A stretch of DNA of 64,000 nt, taken from assembly GCA_965603825.1 (NCBI GenBank), contig CBFDEM010000005.1, positions 124,001-188,000 of the forward strand, read 5' to 3'. Each line of letters starts with the position of its first letter. Within the stretch, counting starts at the first letter, position 1. A program made the position numbers and the translations under genes. Positions 47,455-57,519 of this stretch are shown here, one piece after another. Source of the stretch: Blepharisma stoltei ATCC 30299. Lineage: Eukaryota; Protista; Ciliophora. A model generated the notes under the pieces. The model worked only from the letters and a program-made list of their open reading frames with translations, made no database searches and had not been told where the DNA came from.

Positions 47455-48009
47455 TTAATTACCTTCAATTGGATCTTTTTGTTTGAAAAATCTAATCGGC
47501 TTTTCTTCACTTTCCTCTTTCTTTTGCTTTTTCTTTTTCTTGATTCCTTCTATCTCCCTTGCTTTGTCTAGCTGCTGCATAAAGAACTTATTAGCTTTTC
47601 TAGCTAGCGTAACTTCACTCCTTACTTGTTGTTCAGCTAACTGTTTATCTAGCTCAATCTTATGCTCTAAATGCTCCCATGTAAATTTCGGCAAATATCG
47701 AATATTCCATACATCATCTCTATAAAAATTGTGTCGTTTTTTTCCACCAGTTGTCGCATTATTGAATTTTAATGCTACCATTTTCGCATCTTTTTTATTA
47801 AGATACTCAATCCACCCTTCCACATAGCATCTTCGCTTATTTCCCCCAGCCTTCAATCTTTTTTCATAATTAGCCACAGGTTCAGGAGTTAAATAAATCC
47901 TATCAATTTCTCCATAATTAGCAAACAGCTTTCTCAGCTTGGATTTCCCCATGTATGGAGGAATTCTTGATAAATAAATCACGCCACGGACTGGACTTGT
48001 AGAGCTCAT
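47455..48009 (-). CDS. ESF2: Pre-rRNA processing protein ESF2/ABT1 (RRM)
   Basis: GVIYLSRIPPYM, YVEGWIEY and WNIRYLPKFTWEHL. Confidence 0.92.
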   Translation of the reverse strand: MSSTSPVRGVIYLSRIPPYMGKSKLRKLFANYGEIDRIYLTPEPVANYEKRLKAGGNKRRCYVEGWIEYLNKKDAKMVALKFNNATTGGKKRHNFYRDDVWNIRYLPKFTWEHLEHKIELDKQLAEQQVRSEVTLARKANKFFMQQLDKAREIEGIKKKKKQKKEESEEKPIRFFKQKDPIEGN

Positions 48010-48036
48010 ATTTATAATTAATGTTTGCATTAAAAA

Positions 48037-48471
48037 TTAAGACTGTGGGACTTTTTTTCGCTTGTATTTTCTTCTGATAATTTGTTGGGCTTCTGTTTGA
48101 GGAACTTCAGCAGGCAGATTTTTGATGTATTTAGTGACAAAAATGATGCTTGGGATAATCCAATAAAGCAGAATGGCAGAGGAAAATAAAGAAAAGAGGC
48201 ACTGGACTATTATGTTGATAAGGAACAAATCGCCATGGTAATTGTAGTGAGGCAGCTTGATCCATCCATTCATGCCAATAATTGTGAGGATTGAGATTAT
48301 GTTAAATAGTAAAATCCAGCTTATCAATTCTAGCCCATCTCCGTGGAAAAATCATCTTCCAAATATCATTCATGTGTTGCATAAGATTAGGACTTTTATG
48401 AAAGCAATGATGCTTTTATCATGGAAGCTCATTTCCATTTTATATAGGGACAGACATTTATTACATAGCAT
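48037..48471 (-). CDS. TMEM208/SND2-like small membrane protein
   Basis: Open from ATG 48471 (or 48438) with two TGAs. Hydrophobic segments, DLFLINI...LYWIIP and a basic tail resemble DUF788. Confidence 0.5.
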
Positions 48472-48566
48472 TTTAAATATATTTTGGCTTGAAATACAAG
48501 GCAATATATATAAGGACTTAATTAAAATAAAAATCTGCATTTCTGATTAAGCATCCCTTTATAAAA

Positions 48567-49283
48567 TTACGCTTTTGTAAAAAGTCTTATTGAAACTCTT
48601 GTTGCTTTTTTTGATCCGCCTTGGGCAATTAACTTCTCTTCAATTGATTTCATCTTCAAGCTTCTCGGTGAAAGACTTGCAGATTTTCCATCAATTTTTA
48701 ATCTCTCATTGATTTCCTTCGATATTGAATCCAATCTCAAAGGCAAATTTTTTGAGTACTGAAATAAACTATGCAGCCTTTTTGGATAAACAATAGGCGA
48801 TTGTGGCACTAATTGGGAAGATATTAAAGAAACATCAGGAAGTATTTCAATTTCGCTATTCCCTTTTATCTGTTTTTCCAAATTTTTAATGCTTTCTGGA
48901 GAAGTAATTGGCCTTTCTTTTTTCTCTTCATATACGTTAGGTGTTAATGTTCCCCATGGAGATAAGCTATCATAGAAATATAAAGGTGAAGTTGCAGGAG
49001 CTTTTTTATAATTTGCATCATTTTTTGGCTTAAAATCTGCACTAAGTCTTTTGTATTTTATTTTCCGCTCACCTTGTGCTTTTTTATTATGCTCATTCTT
49101 ACCAAAGGTATCATGAATAAAGCTTAAAGCTTCTTCTTTGAGCTTAATAGGATTAACTCTTCTAATCAGACCTTGTGTGATTGACGGTCTCTTATATATT
49201 TCGTATTTATGATATGGATGCTTGTATTGGTATTCGTTTTCTCTTCTTATCTTCATAAATTCAAGGCATAAGCTTTGATCCAT
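48567..49283 (-). CDS. Hypothetical basic protein, 238 aa
   Basis: Intact ATG-TAA ORF; no motif recognised. Confidence 0.65.
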   Translation of the reverse strand: MDQSLCLEFMKIRRENEYQYKHPYHKYEIYKRPSITQGLIRRVNPIKLKEEALSFIHDTFGKNEHNKKAQGERKIKYKRLSADFKPKNDANYKKAPATSPLYFYDSLSPWGTLTPNVYEEKKERPITSPESIKNLEKQIKGNSEIEILPDVSLISSQLVPQSPIVYPKRLHSLFQYSKNLPLRLDSISKEINERLKIDGKSASLSPRSLKMKSIEEKLIAQGGSKKATRVSIRLFTKA

Positions 49284-49320
49284 CTATAAATAATTAATCA
49301 AAATATTCTTATGGGGAAAT

Positions 49321-49331
49321 TGATCCCTTAA
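49321..49331 (+). promoter_or_regulatory. Putative snRNA upstream sequence element
   Basis: tgatcccttaa lies about 59 nt upstream of the U4 start and resembles the TGACCCAT-type element of ciliate snRNA/telomerase RNA genes. Confidence 0.4.
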
Positions 49332-49379
49332 CAAAATTTCAAAAATATTGGAATAAAATGGAAATAAGCAAAATAGATT

Positions 49380-49509
49380 AGCCTTGTGCTAGGGGTAATA
49401 TCGCAGCGTGTGAAGCTCTGCTGATGCGCGATGATTGCTATTTGAGAACTATTCCAAAAAGTGGTCGTTCTCACGAATGACCCAATTTCTGTCAGGTCTT
49501 ATGGACCTT
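49380..49509 (+). ncRNA. U4: U4 spliceosomal snRNA
   Basis: 5' AGCCUUGUGCUAGGGG (U6 stem II strand). 5' stem-loop AUCGC...UGA...GA...GCGAU with a kink-turn. UUGCUAUUUGAGAACUAUUCC (stem I strand). Hairpin GGUCGUUC/GAAUGACC, Sm site AAUUUCUG, terminal hairpin AGGUC/GACCU. Confidence 0.9.
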
Positions 49510-49658
49510 TCAATTAAACTAACTGAATAAAATAATCCTAATGGGATAGAAAATTCTATCTCTAAGCTAAAAATGCATAATTTTATGCATCTTATACCTC
49601 TGCAATTATATATAATTTCCCTCTTAAGATTTATTAATTTTTGTATCCACATAAATAA

Positions 49659-50933
49659 ATGTCGTCACTAAGATTAAACCTTATCTGTCGCCATCTCGGA
49701 CAAAACACCACTGACCAATTTTCTAAGTCTAACTTAAAGACTCCTTATGTCCAAGACCCAATTGATTTTCTCCACTTAGACGAGCTACTGCCTGCAGATC
49801 TTAACAATAAAAGGAAACAACTTAGAGCGGCATTAGAAGCTAATATAGCCCCACACGTATCTGAATGGTATGATAAGGCTCAATTTCCTGCAGGACTTGC
49901 CGAAAAGCTTAGACCTCTCAACATTTTTGGAATTACAGAAGAAAAATACGGCTGTCGTAAAGTATGCCCACTTGAAAAATCCTTAGCTATATACGAGTTA
50001 GCCAGAATTGATGCCTCATTAGCTACTTTCTATGCCCTTACTCTCAGTCTAGTAGCCTTTACAATAGAAAAACTCGGCAGTGAGGAGCAAAAAGCTAAAT
50101 ATCTGCCTAAATTGTGCAATCTTGACATTATTGCAAGCTGGGGTTTAACCGAACCTGATTATGGCTCAGATGCTTCCTCTCTTGAAACTACCGCAACCCC
50201 AGTCAAAGGTGGCTACATTCTTAACGGCGTCAAAAGATGGCTTGGTAATGCAATAATCTCCGACATCATGATCATTTTTGCCAGAAATACAGTCACCCAG
50301 AATATTGAAGGCTTTATAATGGACAGCAAAGCAAAAGGAGTTTCAGTCACCAACATCAATAGAAAACTTGCTTTAAGAATAGTCCAAAATGGCAATGTAT
50401 TTATGAAAGACGTCTTTATCCCAGAAAACGAAAGATTAGAAAAAGGCCATACCTTTGCAACAGGCGCCAATGTTGTGTTGGAGCATTCAAGAATGAATTT
50501 GTCTTGGATGGTTGCTGGGCTTATTGCTGGAACCTATGAGCACGCTGTGAAATATATCAGAGAAAGAACCCAGTTTAGGGCTCCTTTAGCAGCTTTTCAG
50601 CTTAATCAAGAAAAATTGGTCAGGATTTTAGCTATTTATCAAGCTGTATTTTTGATGTCATGGAGGACTACTATGCTTTTGGTGAAAGGACAAGGAAATG
50701 TAGCCCAAGCGTCGCTGGTAAAAGGATGGTGCTCATATATGGGAAGAGAAGCCACAAGGCTTGGTAGAGAAGTGATGGGCGGAAACGGAATTATTATTGA
50801 TAATTATGCTATGAAAGCACTAGTAGATATGGAAGTGGTTTATACTTATGAAGGGACTTATGACGTGAACGCTTTGGTCGCTGGAAGAGCTGCCACAGGA
50901 GTTGCAGCATTTAAAGCAGGTTATAAGGCTTAA
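49659..50933 (+). CDS. Acyl-CoA dehydrogenase-fold enzyme, ACX4/glutaryl-CoA dehydrogenase-like, with PTS2
   Basis: WGLTEPDYGSDAS, LNGVKRWLGNA, REVMGGNGI and YTYEGTYDVN. N-terminal RLNLICRHL. Confidence 0.9.
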   Translation: MSSLRLNLICRHLGQNTTDQFSKSNLKTPYVQDPIDFLHLDELLPADLNNKRKQLRAALEANIAPHVSEWYDKAQFPAGLAEKLRPLNIFGITEEKYGCRKVCPLEKSLAIYELARIDASLATFYALTLSLVAFTIEKLGSEEQKAKYLPKLCNLDIIASWGLTEPDYGSDASSLETTATPVKGGYILNGVKRWLGNAIISDIMIIFARNTVTQNIEGFIMDSKAKGVSVTNINRKLALRIVQNGNVFMKDVFIPENERLEKGHTFATGANVVLEHSRMNLSWMVAGLIAGTYEHAVKYIRERTQFRAPLAAFQLNQEKLVRILAIYQAVFLMSWRTTMLLVKGQGNVAQASLVKGWCSYMGREATRLGREVMGGNGIIIDNYAMKALVDMEVVYTYEGTYDVNALVAGRAATGVAAFKAGYKA

Positions 50934-50963
50934 TTAATTTCTTAATAAAACAGACATACTAGC

Positions 50964-52340
50964 ATGCTCTATAATATGAATCAATATGGTTATAACGCGA
51001 ACATATATCCCTATAGAGGGTATCAAGAACAGCAGTACCGGGATAGCCAAAATATATTTGCGACGGTTCCAGCAACCAATAGTAGCATGGATATAGAAGA
51101 TGGAATTCCTAATATAGAACCCCCAGGCTTACAGCATCCAAAATCTACAAATATTTTCCCAAAAGTGAATCCGCAATCCCAGGATTATAATTTAAAAGCG
51201 CCAAACCTATACCAAGAACCTCAGAAAAGGGGGCAAAGTTTGAAAGAATCAGTTGTTTCATTATTCGAAAATTTGGGTAATTTAGTTGCCGCTTATGCTC
51301 CTTCTGAAGATAAAGAACAGCTAAGAAGCTTAGTTAATCAGGCCATCCAGGATTATCCTGAGCTGGAATCAAAGCTCCAGGTATTATTGCAGACTAGCCT
51401 GAAAAAAATAAATCAGCCATCAAGAGCAGAAATTCCTAATGGAGGGTGTCAGCATTATGGGGCAGAAAGATATACGCCGATCTGCAAGCAGAGCCATTGT
51501 AAAGAATGCTTAAGAGAGCTGATTTTTGCTGATCCGGAAAATTCACAGCAAATAGCTTGCCCATGTGGAATTGGATTGTCAAGAAAAAACAAGGATGAAA
51601 TTGCTCCAGAACTGAATCCGTATATAAAGAAACAGATAGGAAATTCTATAAATATACCTGCTCAAAACTTCTCTCAAGGCAGACCTCAAGCTGATCTGAA
51701 GCAAAACTTTAAACCAGCCCCTCAAAGTTTTCAAGAGAATGTTGAAAAGCAAAGCCCGCCTCAGCTTCAAAAAAAGCCTATTCCTCCTGCAAACCAAAAT
51801 AAGCCTCAGCCTAAAATTTTTGCTGCTGAAAATAAAAAACACCAAAACCCTCTTCCACCTAATCAAATAATTCCTAAAAGAATCCCAGAAAACCAAAGTC
51901 CTCCAAAATACCAACACCCTCCAGAGCTTCCAAAAAACAAAAACCCACGGTCTGGTCCAAGAATTGACGCTAATAAACTAGCGTGCACTGTGTGCTCAGC
52001 AGTTAAAGATATTGATAATTTTACTGCTATAACATGCTCAGGGCATGATATCTGCTCAACTTGCAGAGTTATTTACCTTCAGCGCAGCCATGAGTGCCCA
52101 AAATGCTATCGTGTATATAGCGATAGTGAAATTGAAATGATATCAATATTAGCAGCTACACTTCCTCCTGAAGAATTAAATGTTCCACAAAATCAACAAA
52201 ATTTTGAAAGACAAGAGGAGTTTATATGTATTCACTGTGGAAATAAAATAGCAAAGAGCGAAACTCATATGTATGAATGCATGCATCCTCTTCATATCCA
52301 ATGCCAAACTCCAACTGGATGCCCAGTATGCGGTTATTAG
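50964..52340 (+). CDS. Pro/Gln-rich protein with RING-like Zn fingers, 458 aa
   Basis: CTVC...CSGHDICSTC...CPKC, CIHC...CMHPLHIQC...CPVC and a third Cys cluster. Confidence 0.75.
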   Translation: MLYNMNQYGYNANIYPYRGYQEQQYRDSQNIFATVPATNSSMDIEDGIPNIEPPGLQHPKSTNIFPKVNPQSQDYNLKAPNLYQEPQKRGQSLKESVVSLFENLGNLVAAYAPSEDKEQLRSLVNQAIQDYPELESKLQVLLQTSLKKINQPSRAEIPNGGCQHYGAERYTPICKQSHCKECLRELIFADPENSQQIACPCGIGLSRKNKDEIAPELNPYIKKQIGNSINIPAQNFSQGRPQADLKQNFKPAPQSFQENVEKQSPPQLQKKPIPPANQNKPQPKIFAAENKKHQNPLPPNQIIPKRIPENQSPPKYQHPPELPKNKNPRSGPRIDANKLACTVCSAVKDIDNFTAITCSGHDICSTCRVIYLQRSHECPKCYRVYSDSEIEMISILAATLPPEELNVPQNQQNFERQEEFICIHCGNKIAKSETHMYECMHPLHIQCQTPTGCPVCGY

Positions 52341-52370
52341 CTTGATTTAATAAAAATATTTTAAATAATT

Positions 52371-53111
52371 ATGAATTCTCCATCTAATCCTGATTATTAT
52401 CGTGACGAAAGATTTTGGTCTGATACTTTGAGGTCAAGCAAAGCATCAAAACAGCCAAAATCATATAGAAAATACGAAGAAGGGGCAAATAAATCCCAAA
52501 ATTCTAGCGCAATTTCTAATGAAGCAAAAAAGCGACCTCCTTCTGTAGATTCTAAGCCAATCAGCAGCTTATTGTCACACCGTATCATAAGCCCAAGATT
52601 GATGAAGCGTTTAGATTTAAGCTCCCCAAGGCTTTATGAAGAAAATCGAGGAAAAATGACTTCTAGGACTGAAGCTTCAAAACAGGACACAACCCAGTTT
52701 TTAGCTGAGAAGCTTAAAGAATTTGAAAATAACTACGCAATACTAAGAGATCAGTACCGAGAAATCATTGAAAGACAAGCAAAAGAAATCGAAGCCATTA
52801 AAAAGGAAAATTCAAAATTGGATAGTGAAATCTCAAGATATGAAGAAGCTATGCAAACAGAAAAACAAAAATGGGAAATTGAAAGAAATGAGTATGAGCA
52901 TATAATTAATACGTATAAGCAGAATGAGAATAGCAAACTGAATAATTACTATAAAAAAAGACTTAAGGATGCGGAAGATATGATTGAGGAGCAGAGAAAA
53001 GAATTTATAGCAGAAATTGATAAACTCTATGAGGAAAATAGAAGGCTAAAATGCAGCTTGAAGATTAAGGGAAAGATAGACGGAATAAGAGAAAATGAAA
53101 AATCAGAGTAA
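52371..53111 (+). CDS. Coiled-coil protein, 246 aa
   Basis: Intact ORF with an E/K/R-rich helical C-half. Confidence 0.7.
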   Translation: MNSPSNPDYYRDERFWSDTLRSSKASKQPKSYRKYEEGANKSQNSSAISNEAKKRPPSVDSKPISSLLSHRIISPRLMKRLDLSSPRLYEENRGKMTSRTEASKQDTTQFLAEKLKEFENNYAILRDQYREIIERQAKEIEAIKKENSKLDSEISRYEEAMQTEKQKWEIERNEYEHIINTYKQNENSKLNNYYKKRLKDAEDMIEEQRKEFIAEIDKLYEENRRLKCSLKIKGKIDGIRENEKSE

Positions 53112-53570
53112 TCGGATTTTATTTGCGTGGTATTTGTGAATGAATAAATAACTAATGCTAGTAATAAAGCTAATTAATAAAAATAAAGACTCTTTATCTG
53201 ATTTATAAATGTTGAGCTTGGAATGTGCTTAAACACTGGCATGAATTTGATAAAGGATTGGGTTAAGATTAAATGTAATCATTAGCAAAAATCCTACTGA
53301 CAGGTAGCATTGAATCCAAAAGGCTTTTATGACTTACATCAACATTACCTTGAAACCTCGAAGATGGGTACTGTGCAGCCAGTTCAGTAATATCTGAGCT
53401 GGCTGGTGACAACCTCGATTTTTTCAATCAGAAATTTGTAAAATAAAGAACTGACTGTAGAAATAAGCCATGCAGAAAAGTGCACACAAAGCTAAAGCAT
53501 CTAAATGATATAATAAAAAGATAGAGAATATTGTTGGTAATTACTTATTTGTAGAATTTGCTATATCTAT

Positions 53571-54407
53571 TTACTCACTATCACTGCTACTGTCTGTACT
53601 TTCCCCTGTTTCATAATCTGTTTCCTCTTCTTCTCCTTCTAAGTCTTCTTCATTAAAATCCTCTTCATCAAATACTTCTTCGAAATCTCCTGCATTTAGC
53701 CTTGGATCTATTATTGCTCCTCTATCACTATATTTCAGCCGCAACTCTTTATCTAATTCTTCTAGGTTTTGCAAATTTTCTCCCTCAGCTTCGATTTTTT
53801 TTTCTTTTTCCTGGATCTTTTTTGAGGTTTTACTTTCTGGTAAAGGCTTTGTGTATTTTTCAATCATTTTTTTAGGTATGGAGTATTCTGCTTGCTTAGC
53901 AACATTGGCAATCTCATTAACAAAATCTCTGTCATTTAGCTCATGGCCTATTTTCATTAAATTTACACAAGTGTAAATAGACGGAGTGCAGCCGTCTTTT
54001 TTCATATAATCTATAATGCTTTTAAGGTTTCTAATTCCAAGATCTTTGCATAAGCTGCCAATGAAAAAATCGTATAAAGCTGCATCAAAAGAAATTCCAT
54101 AAACTTTGGCCTGGTAGAACAAGTTTGTAGCCATATCAAGGTTTTTTTGCTTTATAGAAGCCTCAAGAGCAGCAGTGTATTCTAATTCTGATGGCTCTTT
54201 GCCAAGAGATGGCATCATTTGGACGAGCTTATATGCTTCATCATGCCTACCGATATTGCTTAACCCCCAAGCCAGCGAAGTAATGAGGTCAGGGTCTTCT
54301 ATTTTTCTTTCTTTTTCTAGCTGAGTGTATGCTTTATATCATTCCTTTTTCAAGACCAAGTCCTTCATGCTTGAAAATGCCCTGATACATCTTTTCGCTA
54401 AAAACAT
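53571..54407 (-). CDS. Mitochondrion-targeted PPR-like protein with an acidic tail, about 278 aa
   Basis: ATG 54407 MFLAKRCIRAFSS presequence and one TGA. PPR-like LYDFFIGSLCK...MKKDGCTPSIYT. Confidence 0.7.
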
Positions 54408-54517
54408 TTTAATATTAAAATATGGGAATTTTTAGAAAAATTATTTATTTAAAATAATAAAAATATTTTTTAACTAGTTCTAATTTGTTAATTAAATATC
54501 TAAAATTTCAATGAAAA

Positions 54518-55981
54518 CTAAGAAGGGTTCTCATAAAATATAACTTGGTCAACTAAATAGAGATTATTAACTGCATTTTTTCCAAAATTTCTTTCAACTT
54601 CTCCATATATCTATTTATTTTTTACCACATCATCAGGGACTTTCATATCTCTCCTGCTCTTCAAAAACCTATAAATCCTCTCAAAAAAATTAGCCCCTAA
54701 AGCTTCAATAGCTCTTTGTCTATGAATTGAGGATATATCTTCTGACATCATAGAGCTGCTGGCACTTAAAGTGTTTCTTAAGCTAATATCTTCTTCAATT
54801 TCTTCCTTTATATTTTCATGTTCTTCAGTATCCTAATTATAAAATACACTTTCAAAATCATCCTCATATTCTTCAGTAGCGTTGCTGTCTATAAGTGGAT
54901 TTGTGGAGTAGCTAAAAATCTCATGGTCTTCTTGCAGAGGGTAAACACTTATATCACTTTCTACAAGGTCTAAAGGGTTAAAATCAGAAATATTTTCTGA
55001 TACCCTAGAATCAGGATGATGGAATAATTTTAATGAGTCATTTTCTGTACTTGTGCTACTAGGTCTTGACGATAAAGCCTTTTTTTCAGCTTCTTCTCTT
55101 TTCCGCCGCCTTAGTCTTTCTGTTGGAGTTTCGAATCTTTCTACTGATTTTTCCACATTTATGGTCCAATTGTACTCTTGGATATATTTAAAAAAAATTG
55201 GAAGATTCAAGACAGCCGCCAAGCTTGCACGAGCGCTCATGTCTTTTACAAGCATCGATTTAATTGCAAACCCAAGCTCATTCGGTAAATCAGCATCAAG
55301 TGGATCAGGTGGTTCATTTAAAATTTTTGTAATTAAAGTCAGCAAGTTATTTGCTACAAAAGGAAATCTCAAATTGCAAAGCTCATATAACAAGCACCCC
55401 AACGACCAAATATCGCTTTTATTTGTATAAGGCTTATTCTGGCACACTTCAGGGCTCATATAATAGGGTGTCCCCACAACTGTGCAAGCTACATCATTGG
55501 TATGTTCAAGCATTTTAGAAATTCCAAAGTCTCCTATTTTGACTACCAGATCTTTGGTTAAATAAATATTAGAAGCCTTAATATCCCTATGCAGAATCCT
55601 TTGCTTATGTAAATACTGCAGCGAGCATGCTACTTGGACAAATCATGAAATAATCTGTGGGATAGGAATTTGCATATTTCTTTCCTTATGACTTTTTATT
55701 TGGTGGGCCAGATCTCCACCTTCGCAGTACTCCATAACAATAATAAGCTCATTGTTTTCGACAAAGCTTTCAATATATTGGACTATATTGGGGTGATGCA
55801 ATCAATGCAGTACTTTGGCTTCTTGGTATGAGTATTGGATTTCTTTGGCGTCTAGACCCATTAAACAGATTTTTTTAGCTGCATAGATGTCATTGGTGAC
55901 CTTGTGCTGCACTCGATAGACACTTCGGAATTCAGTCCTGCCAATTGGCTCGAGTTCTTGATATTTGGAAGTAAAAGACAT
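54518..55981 (-). CDS. NIMA-related (NEK) kinase, about 477 aa
   Basis: [33 protein letters not shown] and GTPYYMSPE. Two TGAs and two 15-nt introns restore the NEK-type C-terminal LG...FERIY...VDQVIFYE. Confidence 0.9.
54611..54625 (-). other. 15-nt intron
   Basis: Minus strand gtaaaaaataaatag, phase 0. Confidence 0.8.
54833..54847 (-). other. 15-nt intron
   Basis: Minus strand gtattttataattag, phase 0. Confidence 0.8.
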
Positions 55982-55999
55982 ATTTTAAATAAATTAGGA

Positions 56000-57409
56000 T
56001 TAAAATAGCTTCTGTTTCAGGATGGCTTGTTGCTTTCTTTTAAGCTCGTATAGATCGTCATTTTTCTTTTCCATGTCCGATGCTAGGGTTGATAGTTCTT
56101 TTCTTAGAGTCCCAAGGTCTCCAGTGGCTTCTTGAGAATGCTGAAGCAGTCTTTTGTATTTGAGGTTTAAATTAGAAATTTCTTGTTCGACTTCTTCTAT
56201 TTCGGCTTGGTGATCTTCTTCTTTGTCAGGTTTATCAACGACTATTTGAGATAGACTTCTTTCTACTAAGGATTTTTTTTGAGTACCACGCTTTGCTGAT
56301 CTGCTTGGCTCAGATAAAAGAGATTTTGAGTAAGGTGTAGGGGATTTTGATTTTAATGTAACTGATAATTTCGGATTTTTATTTGTTTTTCTTGGAACTC
56401 TTTTATGAGAAAGCACTGAATCGTCTGCTGGTTTCGTTTTTATAAGTTCTAATCTAGAGTCCTCAGAAATTTTATTGCCCGCTTGCAGATCTTGATTTTC
56501 TTTTTTTAAATACTCAATCTGCTGAGCTTGATTTGTATTTTGCTCTTTCAAACTTTTTACCTTGATTTCTAATTCTTTCGCTTTTTGAGAAAACTCTTGA
56601 TTCTGTCGTCTCAACTCACTCTCAATGATTTCAAAATTTTTTTGAAGATTTGACCTTTGGGAGCTTGAATTTTCTCTTAAATACTGGACTTCAGATTTCA
56701 GCCCACTTGAAATCCTTTTTTCCTGAGCTAATTCTTCAATAGCCAAGCTTTTATCTCTCTCAGCCTTTTCTAAAGCAAGTTTCAGATTTTTTTCTTCATT
56801 TGACTTTCCTACTAGCTGCTTCTGCAGATGTTCCATCTGAAGTGCATTATTTTCTTTATCAATCACATATTGGTCAACATTCCTTTTAATTTCGTTTTCA
56901 CAGTGCCTAATTTGTGTTTCCTTGATTTTTAATTGTTCTTCTAGTACTAAAACTCTTTGCAGGTGCTTTCTAAGCTCTTCTTCAAGCTCAATAACTCTGT
57001 TTTGCATACTTTTGTCCTTTATACTGGCTTGCTTTAATTCTTCAATGCATCTGGTTTGCCATTGTTCACGGTCTTTTTGGCCTTTTGTTTCAGCGAAAAT
57101 AAGCCTTTCTTTTAAGTCAGAATTTTCGTTTTCAAGCAGACGGACTTTGTCTTGGAGAGCTCTCATTGCGCCTGCAAAGGATTTCGAAGATGCTTCTATT
57201 GGGGGCGATTTTTGAGGCCGTGAGAGCGGGCTCTGTGATTGATGGGAAGAAAACTGAGGGGAGTCTTTAGGACTGGCTTGCCCTCTTACGATATCTTCTA
57301 GCTCTTTAGTAGAAAGATCTTTTACGCTGATTTGTCTGTATGAATCAGTGGGGTACTCTTTTGTTCCTGGATTTTTCTGAGTTAAAATATCGTAATCATA
57401 CTCATACAT
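56000..57409 (-). CDS. CEP57/translokin-like coiled-coil protein, 469 aa
   Basis: AMRALQDKVRLLENE resembles the Cep57 CLD (ALKNLQDKIRRLELE). C-terminal LRKELSTLASDMEKK resembles the Cep57 microtubule-binding helix. Confidence 0.65.
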   Translation of the reverse strand: MYEYDYDILTQKNPGTKEYPTDSYRQISVKDLSTKELEDIVRGQASPKDSPQFSSHQSQSPLSRPQKSPPIEASSKSFAGAMRALQDKVRLLENENSDLKERLIFAETKGQKDREQWQTRCIEELKQASIKDKSMQNRVIELEEELRKHLQRVLVLEEQLKIKETQIRHCENEIKRNVDQYVIDKENNALQMEHLQKQLVGKSNEEKNLKLALEKAERDKSLAIEELAQEKRISSGLKSEVQYLRENSSSQRSNLQKNFEIIESELRRQNQEFSQKAKELEIKVKSLKEQNTNQAQQIEYLKKENQDLQAGNKISEDSRLELIKTKPADDSVLSHKRVPRKTNKNPKLSVTLKSKSPTPYSKSLLSEPSRSAKRGTQKKSLVERSLSQIVVDKPDKEEDHQAEIEEVEQEISNLNLKYKRLLQHSQEATGDLGTLRKELSTLASDMEKKNDDLYELKRKQQAILKQKLF

Positions 57410-57519
57410 TTAAATTATTTAACTAAAAACGCTTTATTTATTATAATTTTTCTTAGTAATAAAGAATAAATTGTAAAAATAACTATTTATTATAAAGCAC
57501 TTATCTTTATATAAAAGCA

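Noticed and set aside
41502-48030. Track start codons at 41502, 44253 and 48030
   Set aside because: Downstream ATGs (41544, 44307, 48009) have A-rich context and give family-typical N-termini.
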